Shown here in pieces: positions 22,767-32,417 of a stretch of 64,000 nucleotides of DNA; the first letter of the stretch is position 1, and each line of letters starts with the position of its first letter. Both the position numbers and the translations under genes were made by a program. The notes under the pieces were generated by a model. The model saw only the letters and a program-made list of their open reading frames with translations. It was not told the DNA's origin and ran no database searches. The stretch covers positions 1,760,001-1,824,000 of the forward strand of contig CAWANH010000028.1 in the NCBI GenBank assembly GCA_963783375.1. The letters run 5' to 3'. Source of the DNA: Candidatus Eiseniibacteriota bacterium. GTDB taxonomy: Bacteria; Eisenbacteria; RBG-16-71-46; JABDJR01.

Positions 22767-23033
22767 TTGTGGATCACATCGACTCATCTCACCTCGAGGG
22801 GGGGGTCACCTGAGTCCACGGACGGGGTCGCTTCATTCTCTGCAGTCGTGCGCGGACCGCGCTCATCACCGTTCTATGGGTTCTCCACGGATCCTCCCTC
22901 CCGGCTCGCCTCCGGCCCGCACGGCGGAAACGCCTTGGGTTCCGGAGGGTTGTTTTCAACAGGGCGAGCGGCGCTCATTCCGCCTCGGGAATCGCTTCAA
23001 AGTGGTTCGACCATGCGGATGGAGGAATTGAAC

Positions 23034-26000
23034 ATGTCAAGCAAACGAATCGGCGAGGGTAGGGCTTTCCCGCTCCTCGTCGGGCTCACTATTCTGGCTC
23101 TGGGCTGTCTGGCCACCGCCGGCATGGCCCTCGCCAACAACGGGGTGAATTCACCGGCCGTGGGCGGCGTTACCGCCGACATGGTCCGTGCCGCCGCCCA
23201 GCAGCAGGTCTACGACCCGCCGATGGACGTCTTCGGCAACGGTGGAAGCTGTCCGGACCCCGTGAACTACGGGTTCGACTACGGGGACAGCGTCTACGTC
23301 TGGTTGAGCCCGGGCGGGGACATGTACTTCGCGATCGAGACCCATGGCAACATCGGGGATTCCGATCAGGACGGCGGCTACGATACCGAGACCGCGACCT
23401 GCGGCGGCCACCCGACCTGCGTGAGCGCCGAGGCCGACGCCTTCAACAACGTCTTCGCCTCGGGGGTGGAGTCCGTCACCATCTCCGTCGATCGTGACTG
23501 CAGCGGGACCTCGGACCTGCGCTTCACCCTGACCGGCGCCGGCAACATGCGCGCGGACTCGGTCAGCGTGACCCTGGACGCCCTAACCGGGTTCTTCGGC
23601 TCCATCCTGGGCGGCCAGGGGACCGGCTGGGCGGGGGCGCCCCTTCAGGTCGGCCCCGACGCGGTCTGTGTGGTCCAGCGCGCGGGCGTGGTGGTGATCC
23701 GGCTCGCCAACTGGAATCAGTACTTCCAGGACAACACCCCGGCCCACAACTTCCTTCCCGGTATCTCCCCGACCACCTTCGACTGGATCGTGGACTCCGG
23801 AAACAACTCGGACTTCTACACCGAGGACCTCGTGACCGGCCGGTTCGACATCTCGAACCCGCAGGTCGACCTGGTGAAGTCGGTGTCCCGGTCCCAGATC
23901 TGCGCCTCGGGGGACACCACCCGGTTCACCCTCACCGTGACCAACATCGGGAATACGCCGCTCACCGACGTGATCCTGACCGACCAGCTCCCGGCCGGCT
24001 TGGTCTACGACGACTCCTACATCGACGACCCGTCGAACCCGATCGGCGCGCCGAACGTGGTTTCCAACAACCTGACCTGGACGGGCTTCACCTTCGCCCC
24101 CGGGGATTCCCGCACCGTCTCCTACCGCGCGGTGAGCGACGGGTGCCAGGGGCAGGTGGCGAACAACGCCGCGGTGCAGGCCCAGTTCGACATCGACTGT
24201 CTGGGCGGCCCGGTGGCGGTTGCGGACTTCGATTCGGCCGACGTGACCTGCGTGGAGCCGTGCGTGACGGTATCCGCGCCGGACGCCGCAGAGCCTCTGC
24301 GCCGGGTCCCCGTGGAGCGCGACCTTCGTGGTGACCAACTGCGGAACGGTGACCGAGAACCTCTCCATCGCCTGTACGATCGGCGGCGCGCTCAAGACGC
24401 TCCTGGTGGTCCGGAACGGCATCGCCGCGGGGGACACCGTCCACGTGGACGTCTCCGGGATCCTGCCCGGAACCTGCGGCCCGCCGATCGCGGTGAGCTG
24501 TGAGGCCACCGCGACCCTGCCCGGCGTGGCGCCGCAGGGCTGCTCGGACGTGGACAGCGACCAGGCCACGGTGAGCTGCACCGCGGCCTGCGTCACCGTG
24601 GCCGACGCGCCGGCCGACTCCTCCTGCCCGGGAACCGACCTCTGGCTGGAGTACGTGGTGACCAACTGCAACGGCCAGGGCGGCGCCGAGAACATGACCT
24701 TCACCGGCGTGTACAACGGCTCTCCGGCCACGGTGAGCCCCACCTCGGCCTCGAACGTGGCCGACGGGGATACCGTGCACGTGAAGCTCCTGGCGTCCCT
24801 GCCGGTGGACTGCAGTCCCAACGGCTACCTGGGAACCCTGACCGCAAACGCGGCCTTGGCCACCGACGCCGGGTGCACGGACACGGATTCCGGTGACGGC
24901 CGCGCGTTCTGTACGAATCCGAACGTGGACATCGTGAAGAGCACGAGCCCCACCACCACCAGTTCCGGGTCCACGGTCACGCTGGTGGTCACGAACCCGA
25001 GCGGTGTCACCCTCGATCCGGTCCAGGTCAGCGACCACCTGCCCCCGGGGATGCTGTTCGATGACACCCAGACCATCGGCGGCACCTGCCTCGCCTCGGT
25101 GGATCACGTGACGGACCTGGGCGGGATCGTGTGGGTCTACTTCACCGATTTCACCCTGGGCCCCGGCCAGAGCTGCACCATCACCTACGACGTGGACTGC
25201 GGTGAGTTCGACGGCCAGGCCAGGATCGACACCGCCTATGTCGACGCCTGGTGCGACGGCACCTTCGGAATCGCCAACCCGGTGTCCGATTCCGACACCG
25301 CGGTGGTGGTCTGCGAGGGTGGCCAGGCTTGCCCGCGGACCATCGGCTTCTGGCGCCAGCAGTGCGCCCAGAAGGGGAACGGCTCCACCAAGGTCTGCGA
25401 GGCCGGGATGGAGTCCCTGTGGGTGTGCGTGATCAACGCAACCGACGTGGTGCAGTGGAGGCTCAACGACGGCGGTTACGAGACCACCGCGTACCTCCGG
25501 ACCCTGAGCCCGTCGGATCTCTTCGCGCATCTCTGCAGCCAGCTCCAGGGACCGCGGCCCATGACGCTTCAGAACATGGCCGAGATCCAGTACCTGGGGC
25601 TCATGCTGAACTACTGCTCCGAGGCGGTCTCGGGCGGCATTCCGGTCCAGAACTCGTTCACCGGCACGGTGGGCGCGGCGATCGACTCGATCGAGGCCGC
25701 GATCAACAGCGGCGTGAACATCGGCTACTGGAAGACGGTCGCCGACGAGATCAACAACGGGATCGGCGTTCTCGCCCCTGCCTGCGACAACGAGAGCACC
25801 TTCTTCCGGAACCTGCCGGGCTGTGCGCTGGACGCTCCTGGGTCCGGACAGACCGACATCCTGAAGGAAGGGTTCGATCCGAATGCCCTGGTGGCGCGGT
25901 CCTATCCCAACCCGGTCCTGCCGGGGAGCGGAACCGTGATCTACTACCAGATCCCGCCGGACATGGGCCGGACGACGGTGGAACTCAGCCTCTACGACAT

Positions 26001-26175
26001 CGCCGGACGGCTGGTGAAGCGGCTGGTCTCCGAAGGCAGGGATCCCGGCTCCTACACGGTCAACTGGAACCTCACCGATCAGACGGGGAGCCAGGTGCCG
26101 TCGGGGGTGTATTTCTACCGCCTTCGGGCCGGGTCCGAGGTCTTCACCCAGAAGATGCTGGTGGTTCGCCACTAG
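23034..26175 (+). CDS. Cys-rich modular secreted/surface protein, paralogue 3 (~1046 aa; one +1 indel near 24287)
   Basis: RBS GGAGGA then ATG 23034. ORFs 22767..24503 and 24328..26175 join by removing one base (APDAQSLCAGSPW vs paralogue 2 APQAQSLCAGSPW). Carries the CPRTIGFW domain and a YPNP...SGVYFYR CTD. Confidence 0.88.
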
Positions 26176-26221
26176 GCCGAGTTTCGATCCGTATGGATTG
26201 AAATCATGCGCAACCCGGAAT

Positions 26222-26258
26222 GGGGGGTCGGCACCGTGCCGACCCCCTGTTTCTTCTT
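26222..26258 (+). terminator. Rho-independent terminator after paralogue 3
   Basis: gggggtcggca-ccg-tgccgaccccc followed by tgtttcttctt. Confidence 0.7.
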
Positions 26259-26636
26259 GCAAACTTTCCCGCCAACCCTGAACTTTACCCGCGTTCAGCG
26301 GGTATCCAAATACGGTCCCTTGCGTCTTTCCGTACAAGGATCACCAACGGCGCAAGCGGCTTCGGTCCGGATTTGAGCCCGAAGCACCCAAGGAGGGCCG
26401 GTGCCAGGGGGCCAGATCTACAGCGGCAAAGAGCCGAACGCTTTCGGCAACTTGCTGCATCATAACAACTTGAAGGTGACGCGGTCTCTTCGTGGGCGCG
26501 ACGGGGGCTGCGTGCTATTTCCCAAAGGGCGAGCGTATCGCACGCCCTTGACTCCAGGTCCAGCCTCGCGGACCGAAAACCTGGTTGCGTGGGTTCCGTC
26601 CCAAGTAATCGATCAAGTCCCTGCGAGGAGATCCAA

Positions 26637-28796
26637 GTGAGAAACGCTCTGTTGGGACGGATCCGTGTATCCGTCGGTTTGGCGGCTCTTGCCGGCCTGA
26701 TCGGGGCGGCCGTCGCGCTCGGCGCCCCCGCCCCCGCCCCCGCCGACGGTAAACTCGATTCCCGACTTCAGGCTCTGCTGGATCACGCCGGCGTCCCGGC
26801 CGCTCCCGGCATGGTGGACCAGGACGGGACCGTGGAGGTGATCGTCCGCGGCGACCTCGACCGCGAGTTCCTGAAGGGGCTGGGCGCCGAGCCTCAGACC
26901 GTCCTCTCCGGTCTCGTAACCGCCCGGGTCCCGGTGGCCGCCCTTCCGGCCCTCGTCGCCTCGAGGCGGGTTTCCCGCATCCAGGCCGGGTCCGGAATGG
27001 AGTATCTCCTCGACAAGAACCAGGTCGAGACCGACGTCGAATCGATGTGGGGAGGAGCACCGCCCCAGTACCCCACCGGCGGCTACACCGGCCAGGGCGT
27101 GGTCATCGGCATCGTGGACACCGGGATCGACCGCAATCACCTCGACTTCAAGAACGCCGACGGCACCACCCGCATCCGCTACATGTGGGACCACACCGGG
27201 GGCCCGGAGCCTCCGCCCGCCGGCTACACCTACGGCCAGGAGTGGACGGCCTCGGAGATCAACGCCGGCCAGTGCATCGAACAGGATGCCGTCGGTCATG
27301 GGACCCACATCGCCGGGGTGGCGACCGGGAACGGCCGGGCCACCGGGAACGGGGTCCCGCAGTTCACCTACGTGGGCATGGCCCCCGAGGCGGACATCAT
27401 CGCGGTCAAGCTGGACTTCCCTTCGGATGTGGAGGTCATCGACGGGGTCTCCTACATCTTCCAGAAGGCCGACCAGCTCGGCGAGGACGCGGTGGTGCTG
27501 CTGGCGGTGGGCAAGCAGTCGGGGCCCCACGACGGCACCGATCCCCTGGATCTGGCCATCGACGCCATGACCGGTCCGGGCCACCTAGTGGTGGCCGCCG
27601 CCGGCAACGAGGGCATGAACAAGATCCACTCCGAGATCGCGATCACTCCCCACCAGACCACGAGCACGACCTTCAACGTCCCGAGCTACGGCTACGCCAG
27701 CAACCCGTTCATCGCGGTGGACGGATGGCTGACTCAGGGCCCGACCATGTCGGTGACCCTTACCACGCCGTCGGGATACAACCTCGGTCCCATCGCCGTC
27801 GGGCAGGTCAACGTCTGGAGCAACGCCGACGGTTCGGTCCGACTCGAGGTTCCTGCGGGGAGCCCCACCCAGTTGCACCTGTCGGTCAGCAATCCGGGGG
27901 CGGGGACCTGGACGGTAAGGGTCAACGCGGGAAATTCCAGCTCCGGCACCATGGACTTCTGGATCTCGGATTACGACCTGGCCGGCTCCAAGCCCGAGAT
28001 GGTCCAGGGGCAGACCTTCGCCAAGTGCGTCGCGTCGCCGGCCACCGCGACCAATGTCGTGGCGGTGGGGGCCTACACCACCAAGAAGTACTGGACCGAC
28101 CAGTACGGCGGGACGAAGTTCTATCTGAGCGCGGTCATGGACCAGATCGCCGACTTCTCGAGCCGGGGCCCCCGGCGGGACGGCGTCCTGAAGCCGGAGA
28201 TCACCGCGTCGGGCTACGGCGTGGCCTCCGCCCGCTCCACCGCCGCCACGATCTACTCGGGTTACATCGTGTTGGACAAGGTGCACTGCATGATGTACGG
28301 CACCAGCATCGCCGCGGCCTCGGTCGCGGGGGCGGCCGCACTCCTGCTCGAGGAGTTCCCGGGACTCGATCCGTCCTCGCTGAAGACCCTCCTCCAGGGG
28401 CGGGCCAACGTGGACCAGTACACCGGCGCGGTCCCCAACCCGACCTGGGGATACGGGAAGCTCTGCTTGACCGCCGCCACCACCGCGGTGGGGGACACCG
28501 GACCGGGGACCGGGCTTCTGACCCGCATGCTGGGCGCGCCCTATCCGAACCCGACCGGGGCCATGACCCGGGTGCCGGTGAACCTCGACGTCGCGGGGGA
28601 CGTGACGGTCTCGGTGTACGACGTGACCGGCCGCACGGTGAGGGTCCTCTATTCCGGCTCCATGGACGCGGGCCCGCATCTCCTGAGCTGGGACGGCACG
28701 AATCAGATGTCCCAGGCCGTTCCTTCGGGGAGCTACTACGTGGTCGCGGTGAATCGGACGGCTCGCGAGAGTCGCGCGGTTCTGATCCTGCGATGA
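26637..28796 (+). CDS. Secreted subtilisin-like serine protease (S8) with inserted domain and FlgD-Ig/T9SS-like CTD
   Basis: RBS GAGGAG then GTG; signal peptide and prodomain; triad GIVDTGID, GHGTHIAG, GTSIAA; oxyanion AAGNEG; insertion between the N and S motifs; CTD YPNP...VYDVTGR...WDG. Confidence 0.93.
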   Translation: MRNALLGRIRVSVGLAALAGLIGAAVALGAPAPAPADGKLDSRLQALLDHAGVPAAPGMVDQDGTVEVIVRGDLDREFLKGLGAEPQTVLSGLVTARVPVAALPALVASRRVSRIQAGSGMEYLLDKNQVETDVESMWGGAPPQYPTGGYTGQGVVIGIVDTGIDRNHLDFKNADGTTRIRYMWDHTGGPEPPPAGYTYGQEWTASEINAGQCIEQDAVGHGTHIAGVATGNGRATGNGVPQFTYVGMAPEADIIAVKLDFPSDVEVIDGVSYIFQKADQLGEDAVVLLAVGKQSGPHDGTDPLDLAIDAMTGPGHLVVAAAGNEGMNKIHSEIAITPHQTTSTTFNVPSYGYASNPFIAVDGWLTQGPTMSVTLTTPSGYNLGPIAVGQVNVWSNADGSVRLEVPAGSPTQLHLSVSNPGAGTWTVRVNAGNSSSGTMDFWISDYDLAGSKPEMVQGQTFAKCVASPATATNVVAVGAYTTKKYWTDQYGGTKFYLSAVMDQIADFSSRGPRRDGVLKPEITASGYGVASARSTAATIYSGYIVLDKVHCMMYGTSIAAASVAGAAALLLEEFPGLDPSSLKTLLQGRANVDQYTGAVPNPTWGYGKLCLTAATTAVGDTGPGTGLLTRMLGAPYPNPTGAMTRVPVNLDVAGDVTVSVYDVTGRTVRVLYSGSMDAGPHLLSWDGTNQMSQAVPSGSYYVVAVNRTARESRAVLILR

Positions 28797-29079
28797 TCTG
28801 ATCCTGCGGGCGGGTCGCGGCACCCGCCCCACCGCCATTCCGATCGTCGGCGGCGGCCCGGCTCTCTCCGGGCCGCCGCTTCATGTTGTCCCGGCGCGTT
28901 CTGCCCCCCAACCGTCGAGCCGTCCAGACCGGTGGTCGGCCCCAAATGTGGAAGCCGTACTCGATTCCTTCCGCAGAGACTGTGTTCTTCTCGATTTCCC
29001 TCCAGGTCCCGGTTCCGGGATTAACCCGTAATTTATTGTTAAGAAATGACTTGAGAGACATTGAACGAATCCCATCCGA

Positions 29080-29095
29080 TGGCATCCGGGTTGCA
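29080..29095 (+). promoter_or_regulatory. Sigma54 (-24/-12) promoter
   Basis: TGGCAT-CCGGG-TTGCA has the exact consensus spacing; an IHF-like AATGACTTGA lies at 29045-29054; it sits 55 nt before ATG 29150. Confidence 0.75.
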
Positions 29096-29149
29096 ATGCA
29101 GGGGGGCATACAGGTCGTTTCGGGGTCTCGGAAAACGGAGGTGGAGGCC

Positions 29150-29773
29150 ATGTCTCGCAAACAATTGCCGGTCTTGATCGGAGCGGTCCTTTTCTCGGGG
29201 GCCGTTCTCCTCGGTGGGCAGCGGGCCGAGGCGGTCTCGGACACGGGTCTGGGCCGTGGGCTCGGCCATGAGGTGTCCTACTGCGTTCTGGAGCAGGGGC
29301 GGGACGGCCCGTGGATGAGCTCCATGGTGCGGCTCTTCTCCTGCGAGGCGGAGTGGGACGCAGCCATGTCCGATCTCGCCTCCCGGGCGCTCCTGGTCAT
29401 GGCCCCGGTCTCCGCGCCCCGGGACGTCGATTGGAGCCGGCAGGCGGTGATCCTCGTCACCATGGGAGAGCTTTCCGGAGGCGACTACTCCGTTCAGGTC
29501 CGCGACATCATCCGCTCGGGTCCGGAGTGCGTGGTGGACCTCGAATGCAGCGGATCCTCACTCCGCGGCTGGGGCCGGAGCGTCTGCCGTCCCTACCAGG
29601 TGGTCGTGATCGAGAAGCACGGGGTGAAGGAGGCCCGGGGACGGTTCCGCTGGACCGGTGAAGGGATTGCCTCCGCCCGGGCTGCGGTGCAGGGTTGGGG
29701 TCTCACCGGGGACGCGGACGCCGGAAGCGTGCGCCGTCTGAGCTGGGGCGCCCTCAAGGCCGGGGGATACTGA
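29150..29773 (+). CDS. Secreted PrcB-family (protease complex subunit-like) protein with C-terminal SWGALK tail
   Basis: RBS GGAGG; signal peptide; VDWSRQAVILVTMGELSGGDYSVQV...PYQVVVI resembles the PrcB C-terminal domain; ends LSWGALKAGGY. Confidence 0.7.
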   Translation: MSRKQLPVLIGAVLFSGAVLLGGQRAEAVSDTGLGRGLGHEVSYCVLEQGRDGPWMSSMVRLFSCEAEWDAAMSDLASRALLVMAPVSAPRDVDWSRQAVILVTMGELSGGDYSVQVRDIIRSGPECVVDLECSGSSLRGWGRSVCRPYQVVVIEKHGVKEARGRFRWTGEGIASARAAVQGWGLTGDADAGSVRRLSWGALKAGGY

Positions 29774-29931
29774 GCCCGCCGGACCCCCGCCGCCGAATTC
29801 GCTTCAGCCCCCCGCACGGGCGCCGAGAACAGGATAGGGCCGCCGGCCGAGCCGGCGGCCTTTCCGGTTGACTGGCTGTGTAAGTGCAGTTATGTTCAGA
29901 CTTTACCGCTTACGTTCATCGAGGGCCCTGG

Positions 29932-31194
29932 ATGTTCTCCGGACGCCTCCGGGCCGGCTGGGCCGGTCTGGTCATCCTCGCCGTCCTTCTCCCCTTCCGG
30001 GGCGAGGCGAGCCCATCGTCCGCCGGGTCCGAGCCTCCCGCCGCCCGCGCCCTCGTCGCCCACGGGTTCGAGAACGTCGTGATGGATGCGACCCCCCAGG
30101 CGGTCACCGTCTGGTACGAGAACCGGATCTATCGCTACGAGATGGCCGGACTGGGTGAGGCGGCGGCCCTGGCCTCGGCGGATCTCGATTCGGAGCGCAC
30201 CCTGATCATGGTCCCCGAGAACCGGGGGGTACCCATGGTTGCGGTGGCGGCGGCCGCGGGGGACTGGCGGCGTTTCCTGGCCGGCGACGCCGACGCCTCG
30301 TGGTTTCGAGGCCGCATCGAAGTGCTCGCCGACGGAAGGGTTCCCCGCCCCCCCGCCGGAGCCGTCCGCTCCAACCCGCGTTGGTGGCGGACGGACCTGA
30401 GGCTCCGCCCGCTTCTTTCCTTCGAGCTGGGGATCGCGGACGACCCCTTTCAGTACTCGCTCTGGCTCGCTCCCGAGGCGGTCGTGAGCCCCGTCACCGG
30501 CGTGCTGGTCACCGGGCAGGCCCAGGTCCGGCTGCACGAGGACTTCGACGAGTTCGGCCGCGACGTGGTTCCCGGCCGGAACACGGTGAGCTGGGGAGGA
30601 CGGCTCCCGGCGGGATGGCTCGGCGCGGCCAGCGCCGGCCTCTTTCCATCCAACCGCTACGGCGTGGCCGCCCGGACGGGACGGCTCTTTCGCGGGGGGG
30701 CGCTCGAGATGCAGGTGGGGGGGGACCTCTCCGGGTTCCTGAAGTTCTCGCGGCACGTGGTTCTCTATTCCCGCCTCGAAACCTGGTCCGCGTTCGTGGC
30801 CGGAACCTACCGGACCCGCGGCATCGATCTGGAGACCACGGTGACCGGAGCGCGGTTCATGGAGAAACGGCTGGGAGGACGGCTCGACGTGGCCCGGCGG
30901 TTCGGGGAGACGCGGGTGGATTTCTTCGGCATCAAGACCCGGGACGATTCGGTGGTGGGGATGGAATTCGAGATCCCGCTCCCGGTCCGCCGGTGGTCCC
31001 GGCCCCGAACGGTGCGGCTCGCCACCGTGCCCGATTTCCCGCTCGTCTACCGGGAATCCGTGCAGGACGTCGGCCGCCAGGTCTCGATGTTCGACGACAT
31101 CGAGCGCCTGCGGATGGGGCTCTATCCCACCTTCATTCTCAACAACCTCGATGACCTGCGATCCGGACTTCCGCGGGGGGAGGGTGGGGAATGA
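29932..31194 (+). CDS. YjbH-like outer-membrane polysaccharide-associated protein
   Basis: Signal peptide; GFENV...YEN..YR motif; alternating beta-strand pattern; AGLF..NRYG; lies at the edge of the EPS locus. Confidence 0.65.
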   Translation: MFSGRLRAGWAGLVILAVLLPFRGEASPSSAGSEPPAARALVAHGFENVVMDATPQAVTVWYENRIYRYEMAGLGEAAALASADLDSERTLIMVPENRGVPMVAVAAAAGDWRRFLAGDADASWFRGRIEVLADGRVPRPPAGAVRSNPRWWRTDLRLRPLLSFELGIADDPFQYSLWLAPEAVVSPVTGVLVTGQAQVRLHEDFDEFGRDVVPGRNTVSWGGRLPAGWLGAASAGLFPSNRYGVAARTGRLFRGGALEMQVGGDLSGFLKFSRHVVLYSRLETWSAFVAGTYRTRGIDLETTVTGARFMEKRLGGRLDVARRFGETRVDFFGIKTRDDSVVGMEFEIPLPVRRWSRPRTVRLATVPDFPLVYRESVQDVGRQVSMFDDIERLRMGLYPTFILNNLDDLRSGLPRGEGGE

Positions 31195-31910
31195 AACGGT
31201 TTCAGAGCCTTCTCGCCCTCTTCCTGGTCCTGGCCGCCGCACCGGCCGCCCGGGGCGCCGAACCCCTCCCCGGCCACGCGTCCCTGGGAGGAACCACGGG
31301 CCTCATCAACACCCCCACCGCGGACGTCCTTCCCGACGCCACCTTCCGTTTCGGGTACTTCCGGATCGACAGAAAGTGGGCCTACCAACTCCGGGGGGTC
31401 TCCGACAACGACGTCTACTTCGTGAGCTTCGGGTTCCTGCCCCGGGTGGAACTCACGGTCCGGGCCACGGTGTTCAAGGACGTCACCCTTCTCCCGGACA
31501 CGGACTTTCCGCAGGTGGACCGGATGGGATCGGCGCGGATCCTCCTTCTACCCGAAGGGAGGGCGCCGGCGGTGGCGGTGGGTCTGGACGATCCGCGCGG
31601 CACCCGGCGATTTCACAGCCTCTATGTGGTTGGAACCAAGACATTTCCAATTCCGATGGGGCAAATCACCCTCCGGGCTTCGGGCGGATACGGGTTTTCC
31701 GCGCTTTCCGCGGCGCGGCGGGTCCTCGACGGAGGCTTCGGCGGGGTCGAGCTGGGAATCGCCGGCCGGGCGACGGGAATGCTTGAATACGACACCGAGA
31801 AATGGAATACTGGTGTAGGTCTGGTGTTCCTTGGACGCCTGAGCATCCACGCAGCCTTGCTTCATCTCGACACCCTGTCCGGGGGTGCGGCTTGGACCCA
31901 GTCGTTCTGA
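31191..31910 (+). CDS. YjbH-domain outer-membrane beta-barrel protein
   Basis: Signal peptide; GTTGLINTPTADVL is typical of the YjbH N-terminus; EYD motif; C-terminal Phe; 4-bp overlap with the upstream gene. Confidence 0.75.
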   Translation: MKRFQSLLALFLVLAAAPAARGAEPLPGHASLGGTTGLINTPTADVLPDATFRFGYFRIDRKWAYQLRGVSDNDVYFVSFGFLPRVELTVRATVFKDVTLLPDTDFPQVDRMGSARILLLPEGRAPAVAVGLDDPRGTRRFHSLYVVGTKTFPIPMGQITLRASGGYGFSALSAARRVLDGGFGGVELGIAGRATGMLEYDTEKWNTGVGLVFLGRLSIHAALLHLDTLSGGAAWTQSF

Positions 31911-32045
31911 CGGTTCTTCGGAACGTCGGGACCGGGTCGACATCCAGGATGCCCGCCCGTGGATGAGGGTGGTCCAAGTACACCGTGACGCTTCGGTTCG
32001 ATCCATTCTCTCGTTAGCGAGTCACAGCCAAGGGGGATCAGGCTC

Positions 32046-32417
32046 ATGCGCTCCAACCAGCCCTATCGCCGTATCTCTTTCTTCGCCATCGCCGGTCTGG
32101 CCTTCTTCGCCCTGGCCGCCTCGGAACCCCAGTGCGCGCGGGTGGGGGATCAGGTCGTGTCTCCGGACGGCGCGTCCCTCAATAGCAACAAAGGTGGGGT
32201 TTCGCAGTGCGTACGCGCCTGCGTCGACGAAGCCCAGCAGCGTCGTGCCGACGAGCTGGACCTTTACCAAGCCAACCTCGCGAGCTCTGGGGGCGACTGG
32301 CAGGCTATTCAGGAAGAGGAAGTCCGTCACAATACGGTCATGCAGCAGATCGCCATGGACCAGCGTGACTGCAAGGCCCTTTGCCACAATCAGGGAGGCG
32401 GGCACGGCGGGCAGTAG
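32046..32417 (+). CDS. Small secreted protein with twin CX3C motifs, unknown function
   Basis: RBS AGGGGG; signal-like N-terminus; CVRAC ... CKALCH flank a predicted helical hairpin; Gly-rich end. Confidence 0.7.
   Translation: MRSNQPYRRISFFAIAGLAFFALAASEPQCARVGDQVVSPDGASLNSNKGGVSQCVRACVDEAQQRRADELDLYQANLASSGGDWQAIQEEEVRHNTVMQQIAMDQRDCKALCHNQGGGHGGQ

Noticed and set aside
22915-22960. c-di-GMP-I riboswitch in the paralogue 3 leader (GAAA tetraloop hairpin)
   Set aside because: It lacks the recognisable GGCAAAC...GACGCAAAG and receptor stem context. Kept only as part of the long-leader observation.
26445-26460. Sigma54 promoter upstream of the subtilase (CGGCAACTTGCTGCA)
   Set aside because: The GG-GC spacing is one base short of the strict -24/-12 requirement.
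31960-32030. tRNA-like GGTTCGATCC element
   Set aside because: The flanks do not form a T-stem, and no cloverleaf or acceptor stem is evident.
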